Of a stretch of DNA of 64,000 nt, positions 1 through 10,223 are shown in pieces (the first letter of the stretch is position 1; every line of letters begins with the position of its first letter). Where the stretch lies: NCBI GenBank assembly GCA_963575745.1, contig CAUYUJ010000115.1, positions 434,001 to 498,000 on the forward strand. Reading direction: 5' to 3'. Under the pieces are notes generated by a model, which did no database searches, had not been told where the DNA came from, and saw only the letters and a program-made list of their open reading frames with translations. Position numbers and translations under genes: made by a program. The DNA comes from Prorocentrum cordatum (taxonomy: Eukaryota).

Positions 1-73
1 AGCCGTCCTCCTCCTCCTCCTCCGCCTCCTCCTCATTCCTCTCCCTCTTCCTCTCCACCTCCGCCTCCTCCGG

Positions 74-750
74 GTGTCGGACGGCTCCAGCAGGCGGTCC
101 GTGGCCTTTGGGATCGAGGCATCGGGGATCGACCGAGGACTGATCGAGACTCAAAGGTCGATCGAGGAGCGGGCATCGATCGAGGATCGAGGGCCCGGGA
201 TCGACCGAGGATCGGTGGAGGGACGAGCATCGCTCGAACACCGATCGAGGATCGAGCATCGATCGAGGGTCGGGGACCGGGCACCGATCGAGGATCGATA
301 GAGAGGGCCGATGGTCGGTCGCGGATCGAAGATCGAGGGCCGAAGATCGATTCGAGGATCGGGTCTCGATCGAGCATCGAGGATCGATCGAGGACCGAGC
401 ACTGCTGGAGGATCGATGGTCCATCGAAGGCAGATCGAGGAGCGAGAATCGGGGATCGATCGAGGATCGAGGATTGACTGAGGATCGATCGAAGATCGAT
501 CGAGGATCGTGGATCGATCGAGGAGACGGGAGGATCGGTCGAGCATCGAGGATTGCACTGGCATCGATCGAGGATCGAAGATCGATAGAGAACCGAGGAT
601 CGGTGCATGATCGAGGCTTGATCGAGGAGCGAACGTAGATCGAGCATCGTGGATCGATCGAGAATCAGGGATCCATGGATGACCGATCGAGGATACATGA
701 TCGAACGGGGCTCGATCTTGGATCGGACGAAGATCGAGGATCGGGGATCA
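74..750. repeat. Degenerate GATCGA/TCGAGGATCGA low-complexity repeat tract
   Basis: Near-continuous GATC and TCGA words, e.g. gatcgaggatcga repeated; the overlapping ORFs are repetitive (SSILDR/DPRS). Confidence 0.85.
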
Positions 751-951
751 ATGGCTTCGGTATCTTTTGTATCCTTTTTTTCTAGCCTCTGCAGAGACGT
801 CCCGACCCCCAGACGCTGTTATTTCTTCACAAGAATGACCTATGAATGTCTCAGGATCGGCGGTTTCTTGACGGCCCCCTACCCCCCGAGCGCAGCAAAG
901 GCCTCCCAAATGCGTGATTCGTTGACGACGCGACCAGGTCTGGGGACGGAA

Positions 952-1120
952 AGTTCGTGTCGTGACGACGTCGTCACAAATTTCTGACACCGCGTGGGTC
1001 GTTCAGCCTTGAACGATCGCGGCTTTCCGATAGCGCAGATCGCTGGATATCGGCCGATGCCGGCGGCGGGCGGCGCTCAGCCTTGACCGCCGCCGCTGGG
1101 GTCGCCGCCGCGTCAGCGAG
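952..1120 (+). mobile_element. Diverged partial copy of the small TIR element seen at 10275-10462
   Basis: gttcgtgtcgtg...tttctgacaccgcg...tcgttcagccttgaacgatcg matches 10281-10347. Confidence 0.6.
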
Positions 1121-1361
1121 CCGCGAAGGCTGTTAACAGGATAAGAGGGTCACCCGTGAATGCTACGCCTAGCGTGTCAGTGGGTTGCAAATGCGGTGAG
1201 TGGCTCAGGCGTGGGGGTCGGGCCAAGTGGGCATCGTCCTTGGTGGATTGATCTGACCCCCCAAGGCCCCTCGGGGCATCTGCGCCCTCCTTTCCGAAGG
1301 TACCCTAGGTCAGATATTCCCACCGTAGCATCCACTTGTGTAGAAGAAGAACAGAAAACAC

Positions 1362-1521
1362 AAACATGAACTTGTGGTGCTCCGCGCGGATTTCTTGGAC
1401 CTGCGCTGGACCCCCCCCCCTCCCTGGCGCGCGAAGCGCGCCAGCGGCGGCGCCGGAGGTGCCGCCAGGGGGCCTAGCGCGGATCCAAGAAATCCGCGCG
1501 GAGCGTCACAAGTTCATGTGT
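1362..1521. mobile_element. Foldback MITE-like element with internal GAA-loop hairpin; relatives at ~11430-11580, 47379-47539, ~49250-49395
   Basis: Perfect 21-bp inverted repeat gctccgcgcggatttcttgga (1379-1399 / 1484-1504), outer IR acatgaacttgtg, and hairpin ctggcgcgc-gaa-gcgcgccag at 1424-1444. Confidence 0.7.
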
Positions 1522-1575
1522 ATAAAATTGCTTCTTTTTCGACCGTCGCATCCTCTTGTTACCCCTAGCCTCAGC

Positions 1576-2082
1576 TCGGGCGTGTCCCCCTACAGGGGGA
1601 TTCTTGGCGAAACATAAAAAAAATCGCCGGCCCAACGGGCCAGAGGCGTGCTAAGATCTCCGGTAACTTGTTAACAATATTTCTAGTTCGCGCGCGCGGA
1701 GCGGCCCCTGGGGGCCCCCGGACGAAAAGTACCCCGGCAAGGTCCCGAGAGAAGCCCGGGAGAAGCCACCAGACCACTCCAGGGGAGGGTATTTTTCGAC
1801 ACCCCTCACGAGGATCGTGGCCTCCGAGGGGGGAGCCGCAATCGACTACCCCCAAGAGCCCCCCAAGAGGCCCTGGGGGCCTCCAAAACGCCGCCAAGGA
1901 GCCCCAAGAGACTCCCAAGAGGTCCCCAAGAGGCCCCCAAGAGGCCCTAAAGAGGGCTCCAGGGCCGGCGGCATGAGCGAAGCGATTAATAATGTGCTCC
2001 AAAATGTGCGCAAGAAATCGTCCCCCGACAATTTTCTTTAAACTATTTTTGGGCACTCCTCCTGTAGAGGGGCAGGCCCGAC
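1576..2082. mobile_element. ~150-bp MITE (family B) expanded by a nested insertion
   Basis: TIRs tcgggcgtgtccccctacagg / cctgtagaggggcaggcccgac are the same as in uninterrupted copies at 3163-3324, 8235-8385 and 53637-53790. Confidence 0.7.
1621..1987 (+). mobile_element. Non-autonomous element (family C), short copy nested in MITE B
   Basis: Begins aatcgccggccc and ends gggccggcggcatgagcgaagcgatt; same termini and internal sequence as 10224-12885. Confidence 0.65.
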
Positions 2083-2820
2083 GTAACCCCAGACCTTCCC
2101 CGCGGAGATCCCACCGGAGAGGGCCCCTCCGGAGAGGCCACCCTCGGCTCCGAAGGCCCCCCCCCCACCGGGAGCTCTCCGCGCCCCCCCGCCGTGCGCG
2201 CGGGGGCGCCGCCACGCCTCACTCCCCTGCCCGACGGCGTGCTTCCTGCACTACACGCCAGCACTCTTTGGCACCGCGGCGACGCCCGGAGGGCTGGGCC
2301 TTACAGATGTCCTGATAAAAACGCTGGCGGCATCTTGTTCCCCGTTTTCAAGATCGCCGGCCTCCCTGTTTTCGGGGGCCGTGTTTTCTCCGTTTTGGGA
2401 TTGCCGTCTTGGCGCCCTCGGTTCGTTTTGCGATCCTTCCCTGATGGTCCCGCGGTGCCTCATGCCGCCGTGGCCCCGTGCCGCCGGGGCCCCACGCCGC
2501 CGAAAAACGGCCAAACGCCTCTTGTCGTGACTCGGGCCCAGACCCCCCCCCCCTCTCGCGGGGTTCGCAAGGATCACAACGGAAGGCTTCCGGCCATTCT
2601 CGGGCCCCCAGGGGCCCTCGTTAGGAGTCCGAACATACGGTGTCGGAGGATCGCGTCGCATCGCCGATGCATCGGCAATGTATCGGCGACGTCGGCGATG
2701 CATCGGCGCCGTCGGCGTGGAGAACATCGGGCATCACATCGAGCAACACCGTCGATGCATCGGCGATCCTCCGTCCACATCTACTCGGATCCCTAGATTC
2801 GTTCAGCATGGGGGAGGCGG

Positions 2821-3080
2821 GTCCTCAGGGAAACGGGTTCTGGACCCTGGGGCTTTCCCCCAGGACGAGACCTTCATCCCGACTCGCTTTCTGACAGCCC
2901 CTGGGCCTGTGGAGCGCCCGGGGAGGCCAGACAGAGAGGGAAACGGGTTCTGGACCCTGGGGCCTTCCCCCAGGACGAGACCTTCATCCCGACTCGCTTT
3001 CTGACAGCCCCTGGGCCTGTGGAGCGCCCGGGGAGGCCAGACAGAGAGCGAAAAACCTCCGGACCCGTTTCCCTCAGGAC
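2821..3080. mobile_element. MITE-like element with ~20-bp TIRs and an internal 110-bp tandem duplication
   Basis: gtcctcagggaaacgggttc (2821) versus ggacccgtttccctcaggac (3061-3080); unit gggaaacgggttctggaccctgggg starts at 2828 and 2938. Confidence 0.65.
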
Positions 3081-3162
3081 TCATTTCCCACATGGCTCCC
3101 TCGTGCCTCTCCGGCACCTGGGCGCCGCAATCTTGCTCACTCTGGGCGCCCTCGCGACTGGA

Positions 3163-3324
3163 CTTAGGTCGGGCGTGTCCACCTACAGGCAAATTTTGGA
3201 CGAAGAATGAAATATAGTCAAAAAATACTCAACCATTGTTCCAAAATGCTCCAAAAATAGTGCCCAGACTATTTTTTGACTATTCTTGAACATTCCCCTC
3301 GTAGAGGGACATGCCCGACTTAAG
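3163..3324. mobile_element. MITE family B
   Basis: TIRs cttaggtcgggcgtgtccacctac / gtagagggacatgcccgacttaag around an AT-rich core. Confidence 0.75.
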
Positions 3325-3512
3325 ACTGGCCGCGGGGCCGCGGGACCCCCTCGCGGATGGATGCGGTCCGAGCGGCGCCGCAGAGATGGGGCCCGGGCTT
3401 CGAGCTGGAGCAGGAGCGGTGCGTGGCTGGCCTGCCGCTGTCAGCGGCTGCCGTCCAGCTCGGCGCTCGCAAGACGAAGCAAGGGCGAGGACAGATTCGG
3501 GCGAGGATAAAT

Positions 3513-3815
3513 GAGGAGGAGGCGGAGGAGGAGGAGGAGGAGGAGGAGCTAGGAGGAGGAGGAGGACGGGAAGGAGAAGGAGGAGGAGGAGGATGGGAAG
3601 GAGGAGGAGGAGGAGGAGGAGGAGGAGGAGGAGGAGGAGGAGGAGGAGGGGGAGGAGGAGGAGAGGGAGGAGGAGGAGGAGGAGAAAGAGGAGGAGGAGG
3701 AGAAGGAGGAGGAGGAGGAGGAGGAGGAGAAGGAGGAGGAGGAGTAGGAGGAGCAGGAGGAGGAGAAGGAGGAGCTAGGAGGAGGAGGAGGCGGAGGAGG
3801 AGGAGGAGCTAGGAG
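3513..3815. repeat. (GGA)n microsatellite; further tracts at 4340-4510, 5556-5592, 9378-9660
   Basis: Direct inspection. Confidence 0.95.
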
Positions 3816-4197
3816 GCGGACGGCGAAGACTGGGCAAGGCGAGGCAAAAACAAAGCCTGACAACATCGGACAAGGGTCGACCGGGATCTCTGAGGTCCGG
3901 CGGCTCTGGAGGATGTATCGGGCGCCGCGGCCTTCTCACAGCGTTCCGGCATGCTCTGAAAGCGTTCCCGAACGCTCTGGGGCGGAGTTATCCTCGTCCG
4001 AGCCCCGTCCGACCTGGGGCCTGACCGACGTCTCAGGGGGGTCGACCATAGAGGAGCAGCCAGAGAAGCCTTGTCGAATACCAGGCCAGAGCAGCCCCAC
4101 ACCCCAGAAGTTGGGAGAGCTCGGCGTGACCATACCACCCGAGGGCGGCGGCGACGAGGCGTGTTCGGGGATCTACTGACCCGGGTCAGTCCAGACC

Positions 4198-4311
4198 TGG
4201 GTCAGTCAGGCTTTGCAAGATCCTGCAAGATCATGCACTCAAGCCCAGGTCAATACGACCCTGGCCCTGCAGGATCCAGGATCCTGCAAGATCCGGCGCT
4301 CTGACTGACCC
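4198..4311. mobile_element. 114-bp MITE-like element
   Basis: TIRs gggtcagtcagggc / gctctgactgaccc with internal gatcctgcaag repeats. Confidence 0.55.
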
Positions 4312-4682
4312 CCGTTTGCATTGAATGAGAACAAGGAAAAGAAAGAGGAGGAGGAGAAGGAGGAGGAGGAGGAGGAGGAGGAGGAGGAGGAGGAGGGAGG
4401 AGGAGGAGGAGGAGGAGGAAGGAGGAGGAGGAGGAGGAGGAGGAGGAGGAGGAGGAGAGGAGGAGGAGGGGAGGAGAGGGAGGAGAGGGAGGAGAGGGAG
4501 GAGGAGGAGGCAAGCTAGGTGCGCTCGCGTCATATCTGACGTCCTACCCCTCCCTCCCATCCCTTACCATGGCGCTGATTTTCTCTATCCGCGGACGCGT
4601 GTCGTAGCGGACCTGTGGCTCCGCGCGCGCGTGCGTAGTGGGTGGTGGTGCACGTGCGTGCGTGCGTGCGTGTGTGCGTGGT

Positions 4683-4859
4683 TGTGGTGGTGGTGGTGGT
4701 GGTGGTGGTGGTGGTGGTGGTGGTGATGGTGGTGGTGGTGGTGCTGGTGGTGGTGGTGGTGCTGGTGCTGGTGGTGGTGTTGGTACTGGCTGGTGCTGGT
4801 GGTGGTTGTGGTGGTGGTGGTGGTGGTGGTGGTGGTGGTGGTGGTGGTGGTGGTGGTGG

Positions 4860-4890
<31 letters not shown>

Positions 4891-4990
4891 GGTGGGTGGT
4901 GGTGTGGTGGGTGTGGTGGTGGGTGGGTGCTGGTGCTGGTGCTGGTGGTGGTGGTGGTGGTGGTGGTGGTGGTGGTGGTGGTGGTGGTGC
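4683..4990. repeat. (GGT)n microsatellite
   Basis: Direct inspection. Confidence 0.95.
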
Positions 4991-5124
4991 GGCGCGGTGG
5001 TGGCGGGCGGATGGGCGCGCGAGAAAGAGGCCCGCGCTGGGGCGAGAACGCCATCCTGAACGACGGAGGCCAAACACCGATCCGAAAATGAGGCCCACGC
5101 TGCAGCGGGAGCACGATTCGGAAC

Positions 5125-5512
5125 GATTCGGGAGCAGAAATGAGGCCGGCGCCTCAACGAGAGCAGCATTTTGGGAAAAAATGACGCCGGCGCGAGAGCA
5201 GCATTTTGGGAAAAAATGACGCCGGCGCCTCAGCGAGAGTCGTTTCCCGGGATTTTCCGGGCATCCTGTGTGTTTTAAAAAGCAATACGCGGAGAGTGCG
5301 CGGCTATCACCCGGACGCCGGATTCGGGAGCAGAAATGAGGCCGGCGCCTCGACGAGAGCAGCATTTTGGGAAAAAATGACGCCGGCGCGAGAGCAGCAT
5401 TTTGGGAAAAAATGACGCCGGCGCCTCAGCGAGAGTCGTTTCCCGGGATTTTCCGGGCATCCTGTGTGTAAAAAAACAGTACGCGGAGGGTGCGCGGCTA
5501 TCACCAGGACGC
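5125..5512. repeat. Tandem duplication of a ~196-bp unit with internal ~37-bp subrepeats
   Basis: gattcgggagcagaaatgaggccggcgcc at 5125 and 5321; gagagcagcattttgggaaaaaatgacgccggcg twice per unit. Confidence 0.85.
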
Positions 5513-6291
5513 CATCAGGGGAAGAGGGAGAGTATATTCATATTGAGTAATTGTAGAGGAGGAGGAGGAGGAGGAGGAGGAGGAGGAGGAGGAAGACGCT
5601 GCTTCCACGGCCTAAAAATCTGTGCTGCAGGATCTAAAGAGCAAACGCACGCCCTGCACACCGCGGCCGCGAGGCCCAAATCGTGGCGGTGCTCCCTGGG
5701 TATTTCGCCTCGTGCCCTCGACGAGTGACGGCTGCATGCCCTAGGTATCCGACCGAATGCCTTCGACGAACGACGACTGCATGCTACGGCCGACAGGCCC
5801 CAAGGGTGCTGGAGCTCCCTGGGGTTCCCGCCTCGCGTTCTCTCGGGTGGGGACCGCCCGAAGAAACAAACATGTTTCTCCAAGATAGAACCCTCGATGG
5901 TGAAGACTGGCGCCTTCGCAACTGGGCGTCGGCGTGGGCGTAGGTGCCAAAAACGGCCTGAAGGAGAAGGAGGATGAAGCCTGGAGCACCGCGGCGACTG
6001 CTAAGAGATAGGGTGAGATGTTAGTGGATGCTACTGTGTGTTAAATCTGGCCCAACTGGGCTCCGCCTACTTCGCGGAGTTGTTGTTCCCCCCAAGGACA
6101 CTCACGGCACTTGTGCCTCACTTTGAGCTATTTGGGGTCGGGCTGGAGGGGATGGGGGAGGGGCGGAGCTGAGGCGTCGTGCGTGTTTTCTCCGCTGCTT
6201 GGTCCCCCGACGCTCCCGACCCCTTCCCCAGGGCCGTCTTATCGCCACAACTCGCCTCTTGTTCGAAGCGGCGGCAGGTGCCGCACGCTTA

Positions 6292-6546
6292 TCTAGAGGC
6301 CTTCCAGACGGGGTCGGAGTAGATGGGGTCGGAGGGTCGCGCCGCATCGCCGATACATCGGCGATGCATCGGCGATGCATCGGTGATACACCGGCGATGC
6401 ATCGTCGACGCCGGCGATGCATCGGCGACGTCGACGTGCAGCAAATCGGGCCCCACATCGAGCCACATCGGCGATGCGTCGGCGAAGCATCGGCGATGCG
6501 GCGCGATCCTCCGACCCCATCGACGCCGACCCCATCTAGGAGGCCC
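6292..6546. mobile_element. Foldback element rich in catcgccgatgcatcggcgatg palindromes; relatives at ~2625-2790, ~13085-13260, ~55390-55570
   Basis: Long IR gatggggtcggagggtcgcgccgcatcgccgat / atcggcgatgcggcgcgatcctccgaccccatc. Confidence 0.7.
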
Positions 6547-7334
6547 AGGTTATCAGAAGCGGGCGCTCCACCTAATCGAAGCAGGCGCCCAAAACAGACG
6601 AAAGATCTACTCCCTGGGGGGGGCGAAGGGAGCAATGTGAGGACTCGCGCCGACCAGCCACACCGTGAATATCAAAAACGCGTGCGCCTTTTATCACCAC
6701 AGCTCGCCTCCTGTTCGAAGCGGCGGCAGGTGCCGCACGCTTCTCGGAGAAGTCCCCCTCCCCAACCCTTGAGCAGGGACCGACCGTCCCGGCATTCCTA
6801 GAGGCCTACCACGACACCCGAAAATGTTCGTATAACAAAGCATGTTCTTAGAACATAAACCCGATGCGTTGAAACAAGACAGTCACAGCCAGAAATGCTC
6901 TAAGAACATGTCGTGCAAACCACAAAAGGTTATTAGAGCATTCTTGGGTAGGTCCATAGGCACGCCAGGACGCTTCGCCACTGCTTCACACCCGCCCCCT
7001 TCACCCCCCTCGGGAGCCTTGGGGCGCCCTGCCCACATGCAGCACAGCCGCTCCTGCCGCACGGGCGCGGAAGAGGCGTGACGGGGCAACTCGGCCGCCC
7101 GGGCCCCCGTGGCACCGGGCAGAGGAGGCGGGGGGAGGACAACGCAAGGGCCTCCCAGACAGGGACCGGGAAGGAAGGGTGCCTCCCAGACAGGGACAGG
7201 ATGGTGCGCCCGCCCCCCCAAAACGTAATTACCCTGGCGACGTATCCAACCCCTGCGCACTGCGGGGCATAAGTAGCTTGGGCGACTTTACAAAGGGGTG
7301 ATGACGAGACATGGGCGTATGCACTTCTGCGACC

Positions 7335-7760
7335 AGCATTTGGGAGGTCCCATTTGAGTCCGCCGCGGGGCCCCACATTGCTGGCCCCCCTAGCAGGCCT
7401 CGAAAATGGCGACAGTTTTACTGACCGCAGCCCTCCAGGGATGGCGAGGTCCTATTCAAATGAATCTGCGTAGGACGTCACTATGCTGGACCCCCCAGCA
7501 GGCCTCGAAAGTGGCGACAGTTTCACTGGTCGCAGCCCCCTAGGGATGGCGAGGTCGAATTTGAGTCTGCGTAGGACGTCACTGTGCTGGACCCCCCAGC
7601 AGGCCTCGAAAGTGGCGACAGTTTCAATGATCGAAGCCCCCCAGGGATGGCGAGGTCCCATTTGAATCTGCGTAGAATGTCACTGTGCTGGACCCCCCAG
7701 CGGGCCTCGAAAGTGGCGACAGTTTCACTGATCGCAGCGTCCCAGGGATGGCGAGGTCCA
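7335..7760. repeat. 101-bp tandem repeat, about 4 units
   Basis: gctggacccccc at 7485, 7586 and 7687, plus a diverged unit near 7380. Confidence 0.9.
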
Positions 7761-8234
7761 ACAGGACGCGACCACAGTCCTCTATTCAAAACGAATACCC
7801 AACCAAGGAGGGTCAGGAAACAAATGTTGATTCTTGAAGTAAGAAAACGCTCTAAAAAGATTGGGATCTGGGAGTCCGAGAATACCTGCTTTCAACGACC
7901 GGTGTGTAGGGCAACGAGATCTGGAAAAATCCACAGACCATGACAAGGCACAAGAGCGATGTATACGCCTCCCTGGCTTGGCCTGGGGCGCGTATGACAC
8001 CGCTCCTGGGCTCAGGATGGGACTGGCCAGGGGCATGGGATGTGCCCAGGCATCCGACGTCGCGTTTTTGTTCACAACGCGGCTCCAGAGGTCTGAACCC
8101 CTTCCCCAAGACCGGCATTTCATTCCGAGTCGTTCTCTGATGGTCCCGGCACGGGCCCCCAGAGGCCGAACATGGAGAAAACCATCCGCCTTGAGCTTTC
8201 AATCCGCTGGAGGTCTGGGTCGCCTAGGTTTAGG

Positions 8235-8385
8235 TCGGGCACGTCCCCCTACACGCAGATTTTGGAGGGAAAATGAAACATATTCAAACACATGCTCCAA
8301 ACTTGTCAAAAGTATTCGAAAAACCGTCCCCAAACTATAATTTGACAATTTTTTGAATATTCCCCCTGTAGAGGGACAGGCCCGA
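8235..8385. mobile_element. MITE family B
   Basis: gtcgggcacgtcccctac ... gtagagggacaggcccgac. Confidence 0.7.
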
Positions 8386-10223
8386 CTGCACTCCGGGTCG
8401 CCGAAACTCGCGCTCCGCGCCCAGCGAAACCAACCGCGGCTCCCTGAGCGCTCTCGCGCCGCAGCGCTGGCGGAGAGCGCGGCAGGCGCAAGCGGGGAAC
8501 GAGGAGCTCCCGTGGGGCACATGCCGCGCCTGCTCTGCACCCCAGCGTGGCCGCCTTTGGAAAGCACGGAATCTGAGATCGTCGCCGCCGCTTCACTTCT
8601 GTGGACGCCCGATGCGCTTACGGAAACAGATGGCACGATGCCCAGGTAACAACGTCGTCCAAGACCGACAGCGGCCGCCGTTGGGGGCTGGCGACCTTCG
8701 GCCTCAAATGGACCACGTCCGCGGTGACCCCGGCAGCGAGCCCTGCTCAAAGTGCACAAGAAGTGCTGTCGGCCTTCGTGCCATTCATTCCTTCCGGGCG
8801 GCGGGCTGCCCAGGAGGTACCTGCGGGCAGCCCAGGAACGGAACTCAGGATGCACAGGCGGGCAGTCCAGGGAAGGTGCTCAGGAGATACCTGCGGGGAG
8901 CTCAGGAAAGGGTATTTGGGCATACCCGTGTCGTCCGTGCTGGTTTACTTCCGCCGCTTTACGCCGACCTTCCGCCGGCGGACTCGTGGCTCCCGCCGTA
9001 CGCCGCAGTGCCGTCCGCTGGCGACCCCGGCGAGGGCGCGGGAACGCTGCAAGCGGAGACCCTGCTCTTCAACCCGGGAACTGCACTACTGCTTGCTTCG
9101 GCGTCTTCGCTGCAATTGGGCGCTGATTCATGGGGGGCGATCCTCTGAGGGGGGGGGGGAAGTGCACCTTTCGCGCCACTCTTTGGCCCCAGAGGGGGCC
9201 CCCTGAAGGCCCCTTTTGGGTACCAGAGGTGCACATCGCAACCCCCAATGCTCCACGCCCGACTGCATGGTTAGTTGGCGTCCTCTGGGCGTCTCAGGCG
9301 GAAGCTCACAAAGGGGCGCCACCGAACGTTGGGGCCCCTGGGGGTGCACGGTTTCCCTTGGGGTCGTAGGCGACCCGAGGAGGAGGAGGAGGAGGAGGAG
9401 GAGGAGGAGGAGGAGGAGGAGGAGGAGGAAGTGAGGAGGAGGAAGTGAGGAGGAGGAGAGAGGAGGAGGGAGGAGGAGGAGGAGGAGGAGGAGGAGGAGG
9501 AGGAGGAGGAGGAGGAGGAGGAGGAGGAGGAGGAGGAGGAGGAGGGAGGAGGAGGAGGAGGAGGAGGAGGAGCAGGAGGAGGAAAAGGAGGGTAGGAGGG
9601 AGGAGGAGGAGGAGGATTAGGAGGAGGAGGAGGAGGAGGAGGAGCAGGAGGAGGAGGAGGACGGGCGCCTAAGCCCTTCGGAGAAACCCTCCACCTGGTG
9701 CAGGGCAAGCGTTCCTCCCCAGGGGGACTGTAGCGTTCTGTGACAACTTATGCGAGCTTCCCGTGTCATCTTGCTGGCTCCTGCGAGTCGACGCGACTCG
9801 ACGCCCTGCATCGGCGATACAAACCGATGACCAGACGTTAGCGCACACCAACGTACTCTCAAGACGACACTGCGAGGACATACGAGGCTCCCACAGGTTG
9901 CTCCCGAGGCAGAGGGCCCCTCCTGAGCTGCCGACCCCCCAGAAAGGCGCTTGCGAGGCGCGCCTCCCCCTCCCACCCCCGCGCACGTCTATACCGGAGG
10001 CGGGGCCAAAGAGACCACGGCGGCCTCCAGGGGGCCCCCAGCGAGGACGAACAACGCCACTGAGGGCCGACGCCGATGCATACTCAAAATCCCTTGTTAA
10101 TCGCGTCCACCCCTAAAAAACCGGACCCCTCTCCAACCGCGACCTCATATTCTGGACCCTCCTCTTCGACGGGGCGCCTCCATAAACCGGACCCCGTAAG
10201 CACCAATCCAAAGAAAGCGCCCT

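Noticed and set aside
3357..5365. Long ORFs with poly-G/E/R/P/H/V/W
   Set aside because: Translations of (GGA)n and (GGT)n microsatellites. The same applies to ORFs at 13282-14693, 17510-19873, 43426-44281, 55325-56340 and 58587-60410.
8560..9130. Coding-like stretch (LDDVVTW on the minus strand, faintly RT-like)
   Set aside because: No other RT motifs in frame and multiple stops; cannot assign.
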